Virus record (IMG/VR): IMGVR_UViG_3300027791_000013 | Coordinates: 7,516 to 71,515 of that record | Length of the DNA: 64,000 nucleotides | Source: a virus | Reading direction: 5' to 3' (one strand) | Shown here: positions 1 through 9,801 of the stretch, one piece after another | Numbering within the stretch: position 1 is the stretch's first letter | Layout of the letters: every line of letters begins with the position of its first letter | Position numbers and translations under genes: made by a program | Notes under the pieces: model-generated | Database searches by the model: none | Seen by the model: only the letters and a program-made list of their open reading frames with translations | What the model was told of the DNA's origin: nothing

Positions 1-21
1 AAATGGATGATAGAAAAGAAT

Positions 22-1110
22 ATGAGTAAAGTATTTGTTTCCGGTTGTTATGATATTATTCATGCAGGTCATATAGAATTTTTTAAAGAAGCTCTAAAAC
101 AAGGAGATAAATTAGTAGTATGTATACCATCTGATGAAGTATTATATCAGTATAAAAAAAGACGACCAAGTATACCTATTGAGCATAAGATAGAAATTTT
201 AAATAATATATCTTTTATCGATGAGGTGGTTATTGGTCATAATTTAGATGAAAATGGTTTAAATTTTAAAGATATAATTATAAAAATATCACCAGATGTT
301 TTAGTAGTTACTTCCGACGATAAGTTTGAAAAAAATAAAAGAAAATTATGTACAAATCACAATATAGAATATGTTAAATTAGAAAAAACCCCTCCAAAGT
401 TTGACCCGATAAGTACATCATCTATTCTCAATAATATAAAGACCCCTAATGAAGCTCCTCTACGTGTAGACTTAGCCGGTGGTTGGTTGGATGTACCAGA
501 ACTTGCAAGAAATGATGGTTTTATAGTAAATTGTGCAATATCACCAACGGTATCTTTACATAGTTGGCCATATGAAACACAATCTGGACTCGGTGGTAGC
601 GGGGCATGGGCATTATTAAATGGTAGAGATGGGGTACAAAGTGAATTAGATTTAGGTGTTGGTTGGCAAGACCCTGCTGTAATAAAAGAAACAGGGTTAT
701 GTGTTTGGAAAAGTGGTAAAAAACCTTATCTTATTTTAAAACGAAATGGGGATATATTAAAAGGTAAAATGGCTTTACATTATACTGGAATTACCCATGA
801 CACCCCCTCATACGTTAAAAATGATCGAGATTATAATTTATTAGCCCGGTCTAGTCGATTATCATATTTCGGGGTACAAAATAATAATTTAGAACAATTA
901 TGTACCGGGATTAATATGAACTATGAGGTACAATTAAAAGAGGGTATGGATAAATTACCGGTAGTTAAAAATGCAATTGCGACCAAATACTGTGGAGGTG
1001 GTTTTGGTGGATACTCATTATCAGTGTTCTATAATAAAGTAGATCGGGATAAATTTGTAATGAATACACCTAATACAATTAAAATAGAACCATACTTAAA
1101 TGAAATATAA
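22..1110 (+). CDS. Bifunctional cytidylyltransferase-like nucleotidyltransferase / GHMP-family sugar kinase
   Basis: N-terminal VFVSGCYDIIHAGH (HxGH, TagD/RfaE-like). C-terminal APLRVDLAGGWLDV, SGLGGSGA and KYCGGGFGG match HddA/fucokinase-type GHMP motifs. Start is ATG 22 or 7. Confidence 0.8.
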   Translation: MSKVFVSGCYDIIHAGHIEFFKEALKQGDKLVVCIPSDEVLYQYKKRRPSIPIEHKIEILNNISFIDEVVIGHNLDENGLNFKDIIIKISPDVLVVTSDDKFEKNKRKLCTNHNIEYVKLEKTPPKFDPISTSSILNNIKTPNEAPLRVDLAGGWLDVPELARNDGFIVNCAISPTVSLHSWPYETQSGLGGSGAWALLNGRDGVQSELDLGVGWQDPAVIKETGLCVWKSGKKPYLILKRNGDILKGKMALHYTGITHDTPSYVKNDRDYNLLARSSRLSYFGVQNNNLEQLCTGINMNYEVQLKEGMDKLPVVKNAIATKYCGGGFGGYSLSVFYNKVDRDKFVMNTPNTIKIEPYLNEI

Positions 1111-1756
1111 AATTTACACAGCTACAAAAGGTAAAAAAGAAGATACAGCCCTGTATAAATCTCTTAATAAAAAATATAACGATTTACCGATACATTATGA
1201 AGAAAAAAATACTAAAAGTTTGCAAAGTTGCTATAACAACTTTTTGGAAGACGCTCGTACTAATAACATTGATATCTGTATGTTTATCCATGATGATGTT
1301 TTTATCAATTGCAGGGATTTGTTGCATAGGTTGGACAATTATGGTAAAATGTATACAGTTTTTGGTCTCGCAGGGGCTAGTACGTGTAAGGTTAAAGAAC
1401 CTGCTTTATGGCATCTTATGTCCGAGAGGAAAGACCAAAGAGGAAATGTTGCTCACGGACATTCTAACCAATATCAGTATACTTCGTTTGGTCCTATTCC
1501 AGGCCGTGTTTTGGTTATTGATGGTGTCTTTATCGGCATTAATATATCAAATTTACCTACTAATGTAAAATTTGACGAATCATATCCATCTAAGTTTCAT
1601 TACTATGATTTGGATTTTAGTTTAGAATGCAATAAAAATAACGTTAAAATAGGGGTAGTTGATATTCCAATAATCCATTCAAGTCCTGGGTTAACCAATC
1701 CCAATAAAGAATTTTATGAAGGTCAAAAATATTTTATAAACAAATGGAAAAAATAG
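1100..1756 (+). CDS. Glycosyltransferase, GT2-like (GT-A fold)
   Basis: MFIHDDV (DxD-like), VIDGVFI, FDE..FHYYDLDFSL motifs; sugar-gene context. Confidence 0.75.
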   Translation: MKYKIYTATKGKKEDTALYKSLNKKYNDLPIHYEEKNTKSLQSCYNNFLEDARTNNIDICMFIHDDVFINCRDLLHRLDNYGKMYTVFGLAGASTCKVKEPALWHLMSERKDQRGNVAHGHSNQYQYTSFGPIPGRVLVIDGVFIGINISNLPTNVKFDESYPSKFHYYDLDFSLECNKNNVKIGVVDIPIIHSSPGLTNPNKEFYEGQKYFINKWKK

Positions 1757-2166
1757 TATTAATAACGGGTGGGTTCGATCCCCTACATTCAGGTCACCTT
1801 GCTTATATTAAAGCAGCTCGTAAACTTGGAGATAAACTTATAGTAGGTTTAAATTCCGATGATTGGTTGGTTCGTAAAAAGGGTAAAAACTTTTTACCTG
1901 AAAAAGAACGTTACTCAATTATATCATCTATTAGATATGTTGATGGTTGTATTTTATTCAATGATACAGATGATACAGCTACTGAAGCTATAAAAAATGT
2001 TAAAATGTTATACCCATATTCACAAATAATTTTTGCTAATGGTGGTGATAGAACAAAAGAAAATATTCCAGAAATGATTTTTGATGATGTTACTTTTATG
2101 TTCGGTGTTGGGGGAGAGGATAAAAAAAATAGCAGTAGTTGGATTTTACAAAAATGGGAAAAGTAA
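1744..2166 (+). CDS. Cytidylyltransferase/adenylyltransferase-like nucleotidyltransferase
   Basis: ITGGFDPLHSGH, VGLNSDDWL.RKKG, FANGGDR, KKNSSSW. Confidence 0.85.
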   Translation: MEKIVLITGGFDPLHSGHLAYIKAARKLGDKLIVGLNSDDWLVRKKGKNFLPEKERYSIISSIRYVDGCILFNDTDDTATEAIKNVKMLYPYSQIIFANGGDRTKENIPEMIFDDVTFMFGVGGEDKKNSSSWILQKWEK

Positions 2167-2465
2167 TTAAACCATTATGGGGTTGGTACCATGTTTTATC
2201 TGAAGGTAAAGATTATAAAATTAAAACTTTACATATTGAACCGGGTAAATCGTTAAGTGATCAAAAACATTTTAAAAGAAATGAACATTGGTTTATTTTA
2301 GAAGGAGAATTATCTCTTAACGGTGTGATATATCATAAAAATGATTTTATTAATATACCAGTTGAAAAGTGGCATAAACCAGCTAATATTGGTAATAGTA
2401 TGTGCGTTATTTGTGAAATACAATACGGTGAAAAATGCATTGAAGAGGATATTGAAAGAAGATAA
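2154..2465 (+). CDS. Cupin, mannose-6-phosphate isomerase type II C-terminal-like
   Basis: WGWYHVL, PGKSLSDQKHFKRNEHW, WH..N, EIQYG..EEDIER; ATG at 2154 preferred over the TTG at 2139. Confidence 0.8.
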   Translation: MGKVIKPLWGWYHVLSEGKDYKIKTLHIEPGKSLSDQKHFKRNEHWFILEGELSLNGVIYHKNDFINIPVEKWHKPANIGNSMCVICEIQYGEKCIEEDIERR

Positions 2466-3805
2466 TGGAAGATATAGGAAGATTAAATTTAGATTATTAT
2501 GAGCAAGTTATAGTTTATAAGAGCTTAACTAACGAAAGTTATTTAACTCAAATTATAGACCATATAAAGCCGGATTACTTTAATGATAAAAATATTAAGA
2601 CTGTTTTTGGGTTAATAACTAATTTCTATATTAAGAGGCAGAGTATACCTACTATTACTGAATTAAAGTCATACTTAATTAATGATGAACTAAAAGAAAG
2701 TTTTAGATCAGTTGTAAAGAATTTTCCTAATATTGATAAGAACTTTAATGATGAAGAGTTAACTTCTAATACTGAACGGTTCTTAAAAGAAAGAGCAATA
2801 TACAATACAATGTTATCTGTTGCTGAGGATGTTAGTAAAGGTGAAGTTAATACTAGTTATATTTTAGATAGTTTTGAAAAAAGCTGTAACGTTAATTTAA
2901 AGGAAGAGATAGGTTTAGATTTATTTGAAAATATTGATAAGGTTGTAGATGATCTAAATGTAGATCAACCTACAATATCTTCTGGTTGGAAATGGTTGGA
3001 TGATAAAATAGATGGAGGTTTCTTACAAAATGGTAGATCGTTGTACGTATTTGCTGGGGAAGCTAATGTTGGTAAATCTATATTTTTAGGTAATATAGCC
3101 TGTAATATAGCTTCTAAGGGTAAGACAGTTTTAGTTATAAGTCTTGAAATGTCAGAGATGATATATGCAAGAAGGTTATCATCTAATATAACTAGAATAC
3201 CGATGAGAGAATTGAAAGGAGCTGGTCAATCTTTATCAGCTCAAATAAAGAGTTATAATAATGGTAAACCTAATAGTAAGATTTTAATTAAAGAGTTTCC
3301 TCCTAGTACTGTTACGCCGCAGAATATACAAGGTTATATTACAGAATTAAAAAATAGAGGTATTAAAGTTGATGCGGTAGTACTTGATTATCTAAATTTG
3401 TTGAAGAGTCCTCTCGGTGATAATTCTTATGAAAGAGTTAAGCATGTTGCAGAAGGTATTCGTGCTTTAAGTTATGTTTTTGAATGCCCGTTTATTTCTG
3501 CTACTCAGTTAAATAGATCTGGTTACGATGAAGCGAACCCTGGTTTAGATACAATATCAGAATCTATTGGAATGGCTGCTACTGCTGACTGTATTTTTAG
3601 TATATTCCAAGATGATGAAGATAAAGAATTAGGTATAGTTAAAATGGGTATGATGAAAAATAGATATGGTGCTAATTATGGGCAGACAGCATTACGATTA
3701 AATTATGATACCTTAACTATTTCTGAAGATGAGACGTTAAACGTTGATGATGAAGGTAGTGATATGTCTGATTTAACTAATACTCTTAGCATGTTGAGTA
3801 ATTAA
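2465..3805 (+). CDS. DnaB-like replicative helicase (T4 gp41-like)
   Basis: Walker A GEANVGKS, ISLEMSE, LDYLNL, ATQLNRSGY, MKNRYG. Confidence 0.92.
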   Translation: MEDIGRLNLDYYEQVIVYKSLTNESYLTQIIDHIKPDYFNDKNIKTVFGLITNFYIKRQSIPTITELKSYLINDELKESFRSVVKNFPNIDKNFNDEELTSNTERFLKERAIYNTMLSVAEDVSKGEVNTSYILDSFEKSCNVNLKEEIGLDLFENIDKVVDDLNVDQPTISSGWKWLDDKIDGGFLQNGRSLYVFAGEANVGKSIFLGNIACNIASKGKTVLVISLEMSEMIYARRLSSNITRIPMRELKGAGQSLSAQIKSYNNGKPNSKILIKEFPPSTVTPQNIQGYITELKNRGIKVDAVVLDYLNLLKSPLGDNSYERVKHVAEGIRALSYVFECPFISATQLNRSGYDEANPGLDTISESIGMAATADCIFSIFQDDEDKELGIVKMGMMKNRYGANYGQTALRLNYDTLTISEDETLNVDDEGSDMSDLTNTLSMLSN

Positions 3806-3827
3806 AAAGAGGAACTAAATAAAATAA

Positions 3828-4712
3828 ATGCCTACAATTCATATAATTACTGATGCAGATCTTGACGGAGCTGGTTCATATTTCTGTTTAAAACAAGCAT
3901 ATAAAGACAATACCTTAACATATTCTGTTACTACTGAAAAAAAGTTTATTAAAGATGTTTCATATTTTAAATTTGAAGACTATGATCTGGTAATTATATG
4001 TGATTTAAATTTAAAACCAGCTGAAATTAGATTATGCGATTTAAAGAATGTAGTAGTAATTGACCACCACGCTGAGCATATGGAATTAATAGATTCATAT
4101 AAAAATGCAAAGACTATAATAAAAGATTATCCATCATGTACAAAATTAATATATGATAACTTTAAGTTAGAAAATAAATTTAATAAAAATCAAAAACTTT
4201 TAGTTAAACTAATCAATGACTACGATAGTTATACTTTAAGTTTACCTTTTAGTAAGCCTTTAAATCAAGTATTTTGGACGTATACTGGAGACCGAGTAAA
4301 GAAATTTGAAGAAGATTTCGGAAAAGGTTTCTTCGGCTTTAATTCTTTTCATAAGAATGCTTTAAAAATAGTTGAGACTAAAATTAATAATTTCTTTAAA
4401 GAAGAAACTATCCATGGTGGTAGTATTAAAATTGGAGGTAATATTTATAATGTTGCAGGTGTAGTTGTATCTTTTAGCCCGAATGAAATAGCTGAACGCA
4501 TTATAAAAGATTATAAAGTAGATTTTGTTATAATGCTAAATTTAAAAGGTAAAAGTGTTTATATGAGACGAAGTTGTGATTGCCCGTTGAATATGGGTAA
4601 GTTAGCATTTAAACTTATGGATGGAGGAGGTCACCACGATTCTGCGGGTGGTACTTTAAATGATTCAATAATTAATATTACCAAATTACTAAAACCATTA
4701 AATGAAAAATAA
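3828..4712 (+). CDS. DHH/DHHA1 family phosphoesterase
   Basis: DADLDG, DL, IDHH and C-terminal GGGHHDSAGG motifs. Confidence 0.85.
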   Translation: MPTIHIITDADLDGAGSYFCLKQAYKDNTLTYSVTTEKKFIKDVSYFKFEDYDLVIICDLNLKPAEIRLCDLKNVVVIDHHAEHMELIDSYKNAKTIIKDYPSCTKLIYDNFKLENKFNKNQKLLVKLINDYDSYTLSLPFSKPLNQVFWTYTGDRVKKFEEDFGKGFFGFNSFHKNALKIVETKINNFFKEETIHGGSIKIGGNIYNVAGVVVSFSPNEIAERIIKDYKVDFVIMLNLKGKSVYMRRSCDCPLNMGKLAFKLMDGGGHHDSAGGTLNDSIINITKLLKPLNEK

Positions 4713-4986
4713 TAGCCCTTATCAAAATATTCAGATAGCTGAATTCGAAAAATCGTTTTATTCTTATTGTACTTTTATAGCATTATTACATGATAAAAAA
4801 ATGAATTTTGCAACCGTTTTTTTAAAAATATTAGAAGATAGAGCTTTACGTGATATATTTGTTAGTATTATAGAAGAAGAAAATGACTTTACAGCGATTA
4901 GAAAATATATTCAAACTGAGCCCTCAGTAACAAAGAGCAAATACGTAACCAAATTTTTAAATAAGTTTGAAGGATTTAATGACTGA
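4702..4986 (+). CDS. Hypothetical protein
   Basis: 94-aa ORF overlapping both neighbours in an operon. Confidence 0.6.
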   Translation: MKNNSPYQNIQIAEFEKSFYSYCTFIALLHDKKMNFATVFLKILEDRALRDIFVSIIEEENDFTAIRKYIQTEPSVTKSKYVTKFLNKFEGFND

Positions 4987-5611
4987 AGTAGAAAAAATAA
5001 TTTATAATAATTTTTTAGAAGTTAGTAAAAAGGTAAATAACAAACCAGTAAAGTATAGAAAGAATTTTGATAATTTTCCGGATGAAAATTATATTATCGT
5101 TAGTAAATTAAGTAACTTTTTTTATAAATTTAAACATTTAAAAATAAAAGATTTTTTTGAAGCACCTTATTTTGTTTATGATGAAAACTATTTTGATTTA
5201 AAATTTTATCTAAGTCCTAAAGCTATTAAAGCTTATACTCTATACAATGATAAATTTCTTTTAAACAATCCAGATAATGTTAATACGTTATCAAAAATGC
5301 AAGAATCTATAAAATTTATTTATAATTACTGCAAAGAAAATAACATCAACATTAAAGATTATCTAGCAGTAAAAGAAGGGGAGTATAACGTTTTTATGAA
5401 ACATATTAAAAATAGAGACGTTATTATCTTTATATTATTTGCTTTTAATAATTTTGAAAAAGTGGTAGGGTCTATTGATACCGATATAAAAACTATGTAT
5501 AGTTCTAATTTTTCTCGACTAAATTACATTAGAACAAAATACTATTCTAGCTCTAAAGCAAAGAAAATAATTAATAAATTTAAGATTTTCGTTGAAAATC
5601 AAAAAGTATAG
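4979..5611 (+). CDS. Hypothetical protein, possible helicase loader (T4 gp59-like)
   Basis: Basic, aromatic-rich ~210 aa protein directly upstream of gp32, the position and size of T4 gene 59; function inferred from synteny only. Confidence 0.4.
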   Translation: MTEVEKIIYNNFLEVSKKVNNKPVKYRKNFDNFPDENYIIVSKLSNFFYKFKHLKIKDFFEAPYFVYDENYFDLKFYLSPKAIKAYTLYNDKFLLNNPDNVNTLSKMQESIKFIYNYCKENNINIKDYLAVKEGEYNVFMKHIKNRDVIIFILFAFNNFEKVVGSIDTDIKTMYSSNFSRLNYIRTKYYSSSKAKKIINKFKIFVENQKV

Positions 5612-5619
5612 TCTATAAT
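5592..5619 (+). promoter_or_regulatory. Sigma70-like promoter TTGAAA-N16-TATAAT
   Basis: -10 box ends 6 nt before the ATG at 5626. Confidence 0.7.
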
Positions 5620-5625
5620 TAAAGT

Positions 5626-6483
5626 ATGAGTAATATAACAAGTTCAATGTTTGATAGTATTAAGTCTGCTCTAGCAGCAGATAATAATAATAATAAGAGT
5701 GCAATTGGTGATATCCTTAAGACTCCTCCTGGTAATACTTTTACAGTAAGATTGTTACCTTTTGCTAAAGACCCTTCTAAGACGTTCTTTCATTATTTTC
5801 AGCATGGTTGGAATAGTTTTGCAACCGGTCAATATACTAGTGCAATTTCTCTTCAAACCTTTGGTGAAAGAGATCCTATTGCTGAAGAGCGCTATAAGAT
5901 TCTTCGTACTGGTAATGAAGAAGAAAAGGAAAAGGCTAAGGCAATTATGCGTTCTGAAAAGTGGTTAGTTAATGTATATGTTGTTAATGACCCTGTTAAT
6001 CCTGAAAATAATGGTAAAGTGAAAATGCTTCGTTATGGTAAGCAAATTCATAATATTATTACTGATGCTATTGAAGGTGAAGATGCTAGTGAATTAGGTG
6101 CTCGTATTTTCGATCTAGGACCTAACGGTTGTAATTTTAGAGTTAAGGTTGAAAAGCAAGGTGACTTTCCGACTTATGTATCATCTAAGTTTGGTATGCC
6201 TGGTGCGATTGATAATCTAGATGAAGATAAACATAAAGAACTTTATGATAATGTATTTGAACTATCTAGTGTATTCAATGTAAAGAGTGCGGATGAGCTG
6301 AAGACTATGATGGATGAGCATTATTACGTAAGAGACTCATCTACTGATAATAATGTTGTTGAAAGAGTTGTAGTTGATACTCCTATTGAAACTACTTCGG
6401 TTGTTACCCCTGTTACTGAAACTAAAAAAGACGATAATGAAGATGAAGTTCTTAAAGAACTGCTTGAAGGTTTAGACGTTTAA
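5626..6483 (+). CDS. Single-stranded DNA-binding protein (T4 gp32-like)
   Basis: VRLLP, H.W, DPIAE, NVYVVNDPVNPENNGKVK..RYGKQI, GCNFRVK, acidic tail. Confidence 0.88.
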   Translation: MSNITSSMFDSIKSALAADNNNNKSAIGDILKTPPGNTFTVRLLPFAKDPSKTFFHYFQHGWNSFATGQYTSAISLQTFGERDPIAEERYKILRTGNEEEKEKAKAIMRSEKWLVNVYVVNDPVNPENNGKVKMLRYGKQIHNIITDAIEGEDASELGARIFDLGPNGCNFRVKVEKQGDFPTYVSSKFGMPGAIDNLDEDKHKELYDNVFELSSVFNVKSADELKTMMDEHYYVRDSSTDNNVVERVVVDTPIETTSVVTPVTETKKDDNEDEVLKELLEGLDV

Positions 6484-6487
6484 TATA

Positions 6488-7036
6488 ATGAGCGATCAAT
6501 TACCAGAAATGATACCTATGCCAGGTAATCCATCTGATGGAGGTGGGGGACCGCCTCCTGAGTCATTTGAAAGGCAGCTTTCTCCTGAAGAGGAAAGAAA
6601 TACGTTAATCAATTTTATGGGCAATATGTATGGTGAAGCGAAAAAGATGGATGGTCAGATTACTGGGCCGAGTTCCACCCTACAGAGAGGCAAAAGCGAA
6701 GAGATAAAAAAACAGATTGAACTAGCTTATACTCAACCTCAGCAGTCTGCACCACCAGTGCAGACTGCTCCTCTTCCTCAACCTGAAGTTCAAACCCAAC
6801 CTCAACCGCAAGTCGAAGTTACTCAACCAGTAGATAATGATCAATTATCATTTAATTTTGATATTAGTGAAAAGGAAGAGTTATTTACTTTAGTTGAAAG
6901 GATATTAACTCGATTAGATCGATTACAACGGAAAGTAGATAGTCTAGTAGAATATAATGAAAATAGTAAAATTGTTTCTTTACCAGTAAAAAGACAATCA
7001 AAAAAAAAATCAGTGGATAAAAAAGAGGAAGTTTAA
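6488..7036 (+). CDS. Hypothetical Pro/Gln-rich protein
   Basis: 182-aa ORF with low-complexity PQ linker and a C-terminal coiled-coil-like segment. Confidence 0.6.
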   Translation: MSDQLPEMIPMPGNPSDGGGGPPPESFERQLSPEEERNTLINFMGNMYGEAKKMDGQITGPSSTLQRGKSEEIKKQIELAYTQPQQSAPPVQTAPLPQPEVQTQPQPQVEVTQPVDNDQLSFNFDISEKEELFTLVERILTRLDRLQRKVDSLVEYNENSKIVSLPVKRQSKKKSVDKKEEV

Positions 7037-7053
7037 TATAATAGATAAAGTAT

Positions 7054-7788
7054 ATGGGTTATTTAAAAATAAAAAATAAAAAAGATTTCGTTTCTAACTT
7101 TCTTGTACCGGTATCAAATTTAAATGATGCCTGTATTCTATCGATAGAAGGTGATAATATTTGTTGTACGTTAGCATCAGCAGATGCAACGATTGTATGT
7201 AAGACTATTATAGCAATAGATACAGATTTAAAAGATAGTACGACTTTAAACTTACCGGATATTAAAAAACTTATAAGAGTTTTAGATATTATACCTACTA
7301 CAGATATTGAACTAAAGATAAATGAAAATAATATATCTTATAATCAAAATGGTTATAAATTTAAATATCATTTATTAGATGATGGTATTATTAAACAACC
7401 TTCTTTAAATGTTGAAAAGGTAAAAAAACTTGAATTTAATACTAAGTTTAACGTGAAAGAGAGTGAGTTAAATACACTGTTTAAAGGTAGTTCATTTGCA
7501 ACTGAGACGTCAAAGGTATACCTTTATGAAGAAGATAATAAAATCTATAGTGAGTTAGGTGATAGATCTAGACATAATTCAGATAACTTTGTATGCCTAC
7601 TAAGTGATAATTTCGAAGGTAATATTGATAAGCCTCTACCGGTTAATTTTGACTCATTCCGCTTGGTTAGTTTTGGTGGAAGTCGGGAAGTTAAATTTAG
7701 TGTAAATACAGATATGGGTGTTATAACTTGTAACTTTGAAAAAGGTAATACTCAATTGATTTATATTATTTCCGCATTAATTAATTAA
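7054..7788 (+). CDS. DNA polymerase sliding clamp (T4 gp45-like)
   Basis: 244 aa, beta-rich, LNLPDIKKLIRVL segment, replication-cluster position. Confidence 0.6.
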   Translation: MGYLKIKNKKDFVSNFLVPVSNLNDACILSIEGDNICCTLASADATIVCKTIIAIDTDLKDSTTLNLPDIKKLIRVLDIIPTTDIELKINENNISYNQNGYKFKYHLLDDGIIKQPSLNVEKVKKLEFNTKFNVKESELNTLFKGSSFATETSKVYLYEEDNKIYSELGDRSRHNSDNFVCLLSDNFEGNIDKPLPVNFDSFRLVSFGGSREVKFSVNTDMGVITCNFEKGNTQLIYIISALIN

Positions 7789-7791
7789 CAT

Positions 7792-8145
7792 ATGAAAGAT
7801 TGGTCAGAACATAAGGTAAAAAATAAGATTAAAACAGCAGGTTATTTTATCAAGAGATTGAAAGATAATGGTTTTGTAGTTTTAAAAATGTTTAACGCAT
7901 ATTCAGAAGCAGACCCAAGAAGATGGTCTATATTAGTAGATCCAGGTTATCATAGTGTATTTATTACTTGTTTTACCAATAAGGATGAAAAGGGGGAGGT
8001 ATTGTTTGAATTTGATGATGGTGGTAATAATTTTAAAAGAGGGTTTTATCTCAAGACCGATAGCATTGAATCTGTTGTTACTCAATTATTAGAAAAAGGT
8101 ATCAATAACGACCCATCTAAAAACCCATTTAGTAGAACTAAATAG
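7792..8145 (+). CDS. Hypothetical protein
   Basis: 117-aa ORF in operon. Confidence 0.65.
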   Translation: MKDWSEHKVKNKIKTAGYFIKRLKDNGFVVLKMFNAYSEADPRRWSILVDPGYHSVFITCFTNKDEKGEVLFEFDDGGNNFKRGFYLKTDSIESVVTQLLEKGINNDPSKNPFSRTK

Positions 8146-8149
8146 TTAA

Positions 8150-8473
8150 ATGAGTGGTGACGAAGAAAACGACAAGAATGAAGAAGATCTAGTTGGTAAA
8201 AACGACGTCAATAGTAATCTTGATCCAGAGATTGAAGGTTTAATAAGAGATGCTTTAAAAACTTTAGTTCAAGAAAAGTTTGATAGTAGAAAAACTGATG
8301 ATGATATTGAAGCAATGGTATCTACTTGTTCTGAATTTATGAAATGCTTTGTAATTATGGGTTATGATTTTAAAGGTAATTCAATTAAACCTGTTTTTTA
8401 TGCTAAAAACGATATAGACTCAGATGCCCTTACTCAGTATATTCAAAAATTTATAATGAATTCTATACATTGA
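8150..8473 (+). CDS. Hypothetical protein
   Basis: 107-aa ORF preceded by TAAATA-N5-ATG. Confidence 0.65.
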   Translation: MSGDEENDKNEEDLVGKNDVNSNLDPEIEGLIRDALKTLVQEKFDSRKTDDDIEAMVSTCSEFMKCFVIMGYDFKGNSIKPVFYAKNDIDSDALTQYIQKFIMNSIH

Positions 8474-8497
8474 TTTTCGGGGTTTATAATCTAAAAT
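8470..8497 (+). promoter_or_regulatory. Sigma70-like promoter TTGATT-N16-TAAAAT
   Basis: Ends 6 nt before the ATG at 8504. Confidence 0.55.
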
Positions 8498-8503
8498 ATA
8501 TAT

Positions 8504-9358
8504 ATGAATGTTTTAATACTCGGTAAGGGTTATGTGGGGTCTCATCTTGCAAAATATATGTCCAGTGATGGTCATGGCCATATATATTTTAAATCGAAAA
8601 AAGAATTAGATTATACAGATAGTGAAATATTGTATAGTTATTGTTTAGAAAATTTTATCGATACTGTAGTTAATGCATCTGGTTATACAGGTTCACCTAA
8701 TGTTGATGGTTGTGAAGATAATAAAGAAGATTGTTTTAACTACAATGTAAATGTACCTGTGACTATTGAGAGTATTTGTAAATCGTTAGGTATTAACTTT
8801 ATTCATATTGGTTCTGGTTGTATATATGAAGGGTATGATAAGATATTTACTGAAGAATGTACACCTAATTTTGGAATATTTCAGCAGCATTCAAGCTTCT
8901 ATAGTAAGACAAAGCATATATCAGAATTAATGCTTGATACGAACTTTACTAATATTGTTCGTATAAGAATGCCGATTGAGAGTTTTTTAACCCCTAAAAA
9001 TCTTATTACAAAGCTTTATAATTACCCGCAGTTAATAGATTATACTAATAGTAAAACTGATATGCTTCATTTGTGTGAGTTTATTGAGGTTATTATGAAT
9101 AACTTTAAAGCAGGCATATATAATGCAGTACATAGTAATGCTTTAACTACAATAGATGTTATTAATATCTTAAAAGAGTATGGTATTGAAAATAAAAATT
9201 GGGAATTTATACCATATTCAGAATTAAAAATAAAATGTAATAGAAGTAATTGTGTTTTATCTAATCAAAAAGCTAAAGATGATTTTGACTTCGATTGGGG
9301 TAATGAAGAACGTTATATACGATTAAATGCATCTATAATTGGAAAGGACTTACAATGA
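8504..9358 (+). CDS. NDP-4-keto-6-deoxyglucose 3,5-epimerase/4-reductase (RmlD-like SDR)
   Basis: ILGKGYVG, GYTGSPNVDGCE, GSGCIY, FYSKTK (YxxxK), RIRMPI. Confidence 0.82.
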   Translation: MNVLILGKGYVGSHLAKYMSSDGHGHIYFKSKKELDYTDSEILYSYCLENFIDTVVNASGYTGSPNVDGCEDNKEDCFNYNVNVPVTIESICKSLGINFIHIGSGCIYEGYDKIFTEECTPNFGIFQQHSSFYSKTKHISELMLDTNFTNIVRIRMPIESFLTPKNLITKLYNYPQLIDYTNSKTDMLHLCEFIEVIMNNFKAGIYNAVHSNALTTIDVINILKEYGIENKNWEFIPYSELKIKCNRSNCVLSNQKAKDDFDFDWGNEERYIRLNASIIGKDLQ

Positions 9359-9801
9359 AAAAAGAATTAGTAGGTTTTACAGCGGGTAATTTTGATTTAT
9401 TACACCCTGGTTACATTTATACGTTTGAGGAAGCAAAAAGACATTGTGATAGATTTTTAGTATTTTTACAAAAGGACCCTTCAGCTACCAGATATACAAA
9501 ATATAAACCCGTTATACCTTACTATGAAAGATATAAGACATTAATGGCTATTCAATATGTTGACGATGTTTATATGTACCAAACTGAAGAAGATTTAATT
9601 AACTTAATTGAGTTTTTTAAGCCTGATATTAGAATTTTAGGAGAAGATTATATTGGTAAATCATTTACCGGTGATGATCTACCTCCAAAAGTAATTTATA
9701 CAACTAGATCACATGAATGGTCAACGACAAAAATAAAGGATCTAATAACTGCTCAGACGATAAAGCAAAATCCAGATATTATAAAAAATGCAAAAAAGTA
9801 A
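9355..9801 (+). CDS. Glycerol-3-phosphate cytidylyltransferase-like protein (TagD-like)
   Basis: FTAGNFDLLHPGY, KP....ER, RILGEDY, R.H.WSTT. Confidence 0.8.
   Translation: MKKELVGFTAGNFDLLHPGYIYTFEEAKRHCDRFLVFLQKDPSATRYTKYKPVIPYYERYKTLMAIQYVDDVYMYQTEEDLINLIEFFKPDIRILGEDYIGKSFTGDDLPPKVIYTTRSHEWSTTKIKDLITAQTIKQNPDIIKNAKK

Noticed and set aside
1197-1568. Hydrophobic alternate-frame ORF inside the glycosyltransferase
   Set aside because: Off-frame product of AT-rich codon bias; no start context
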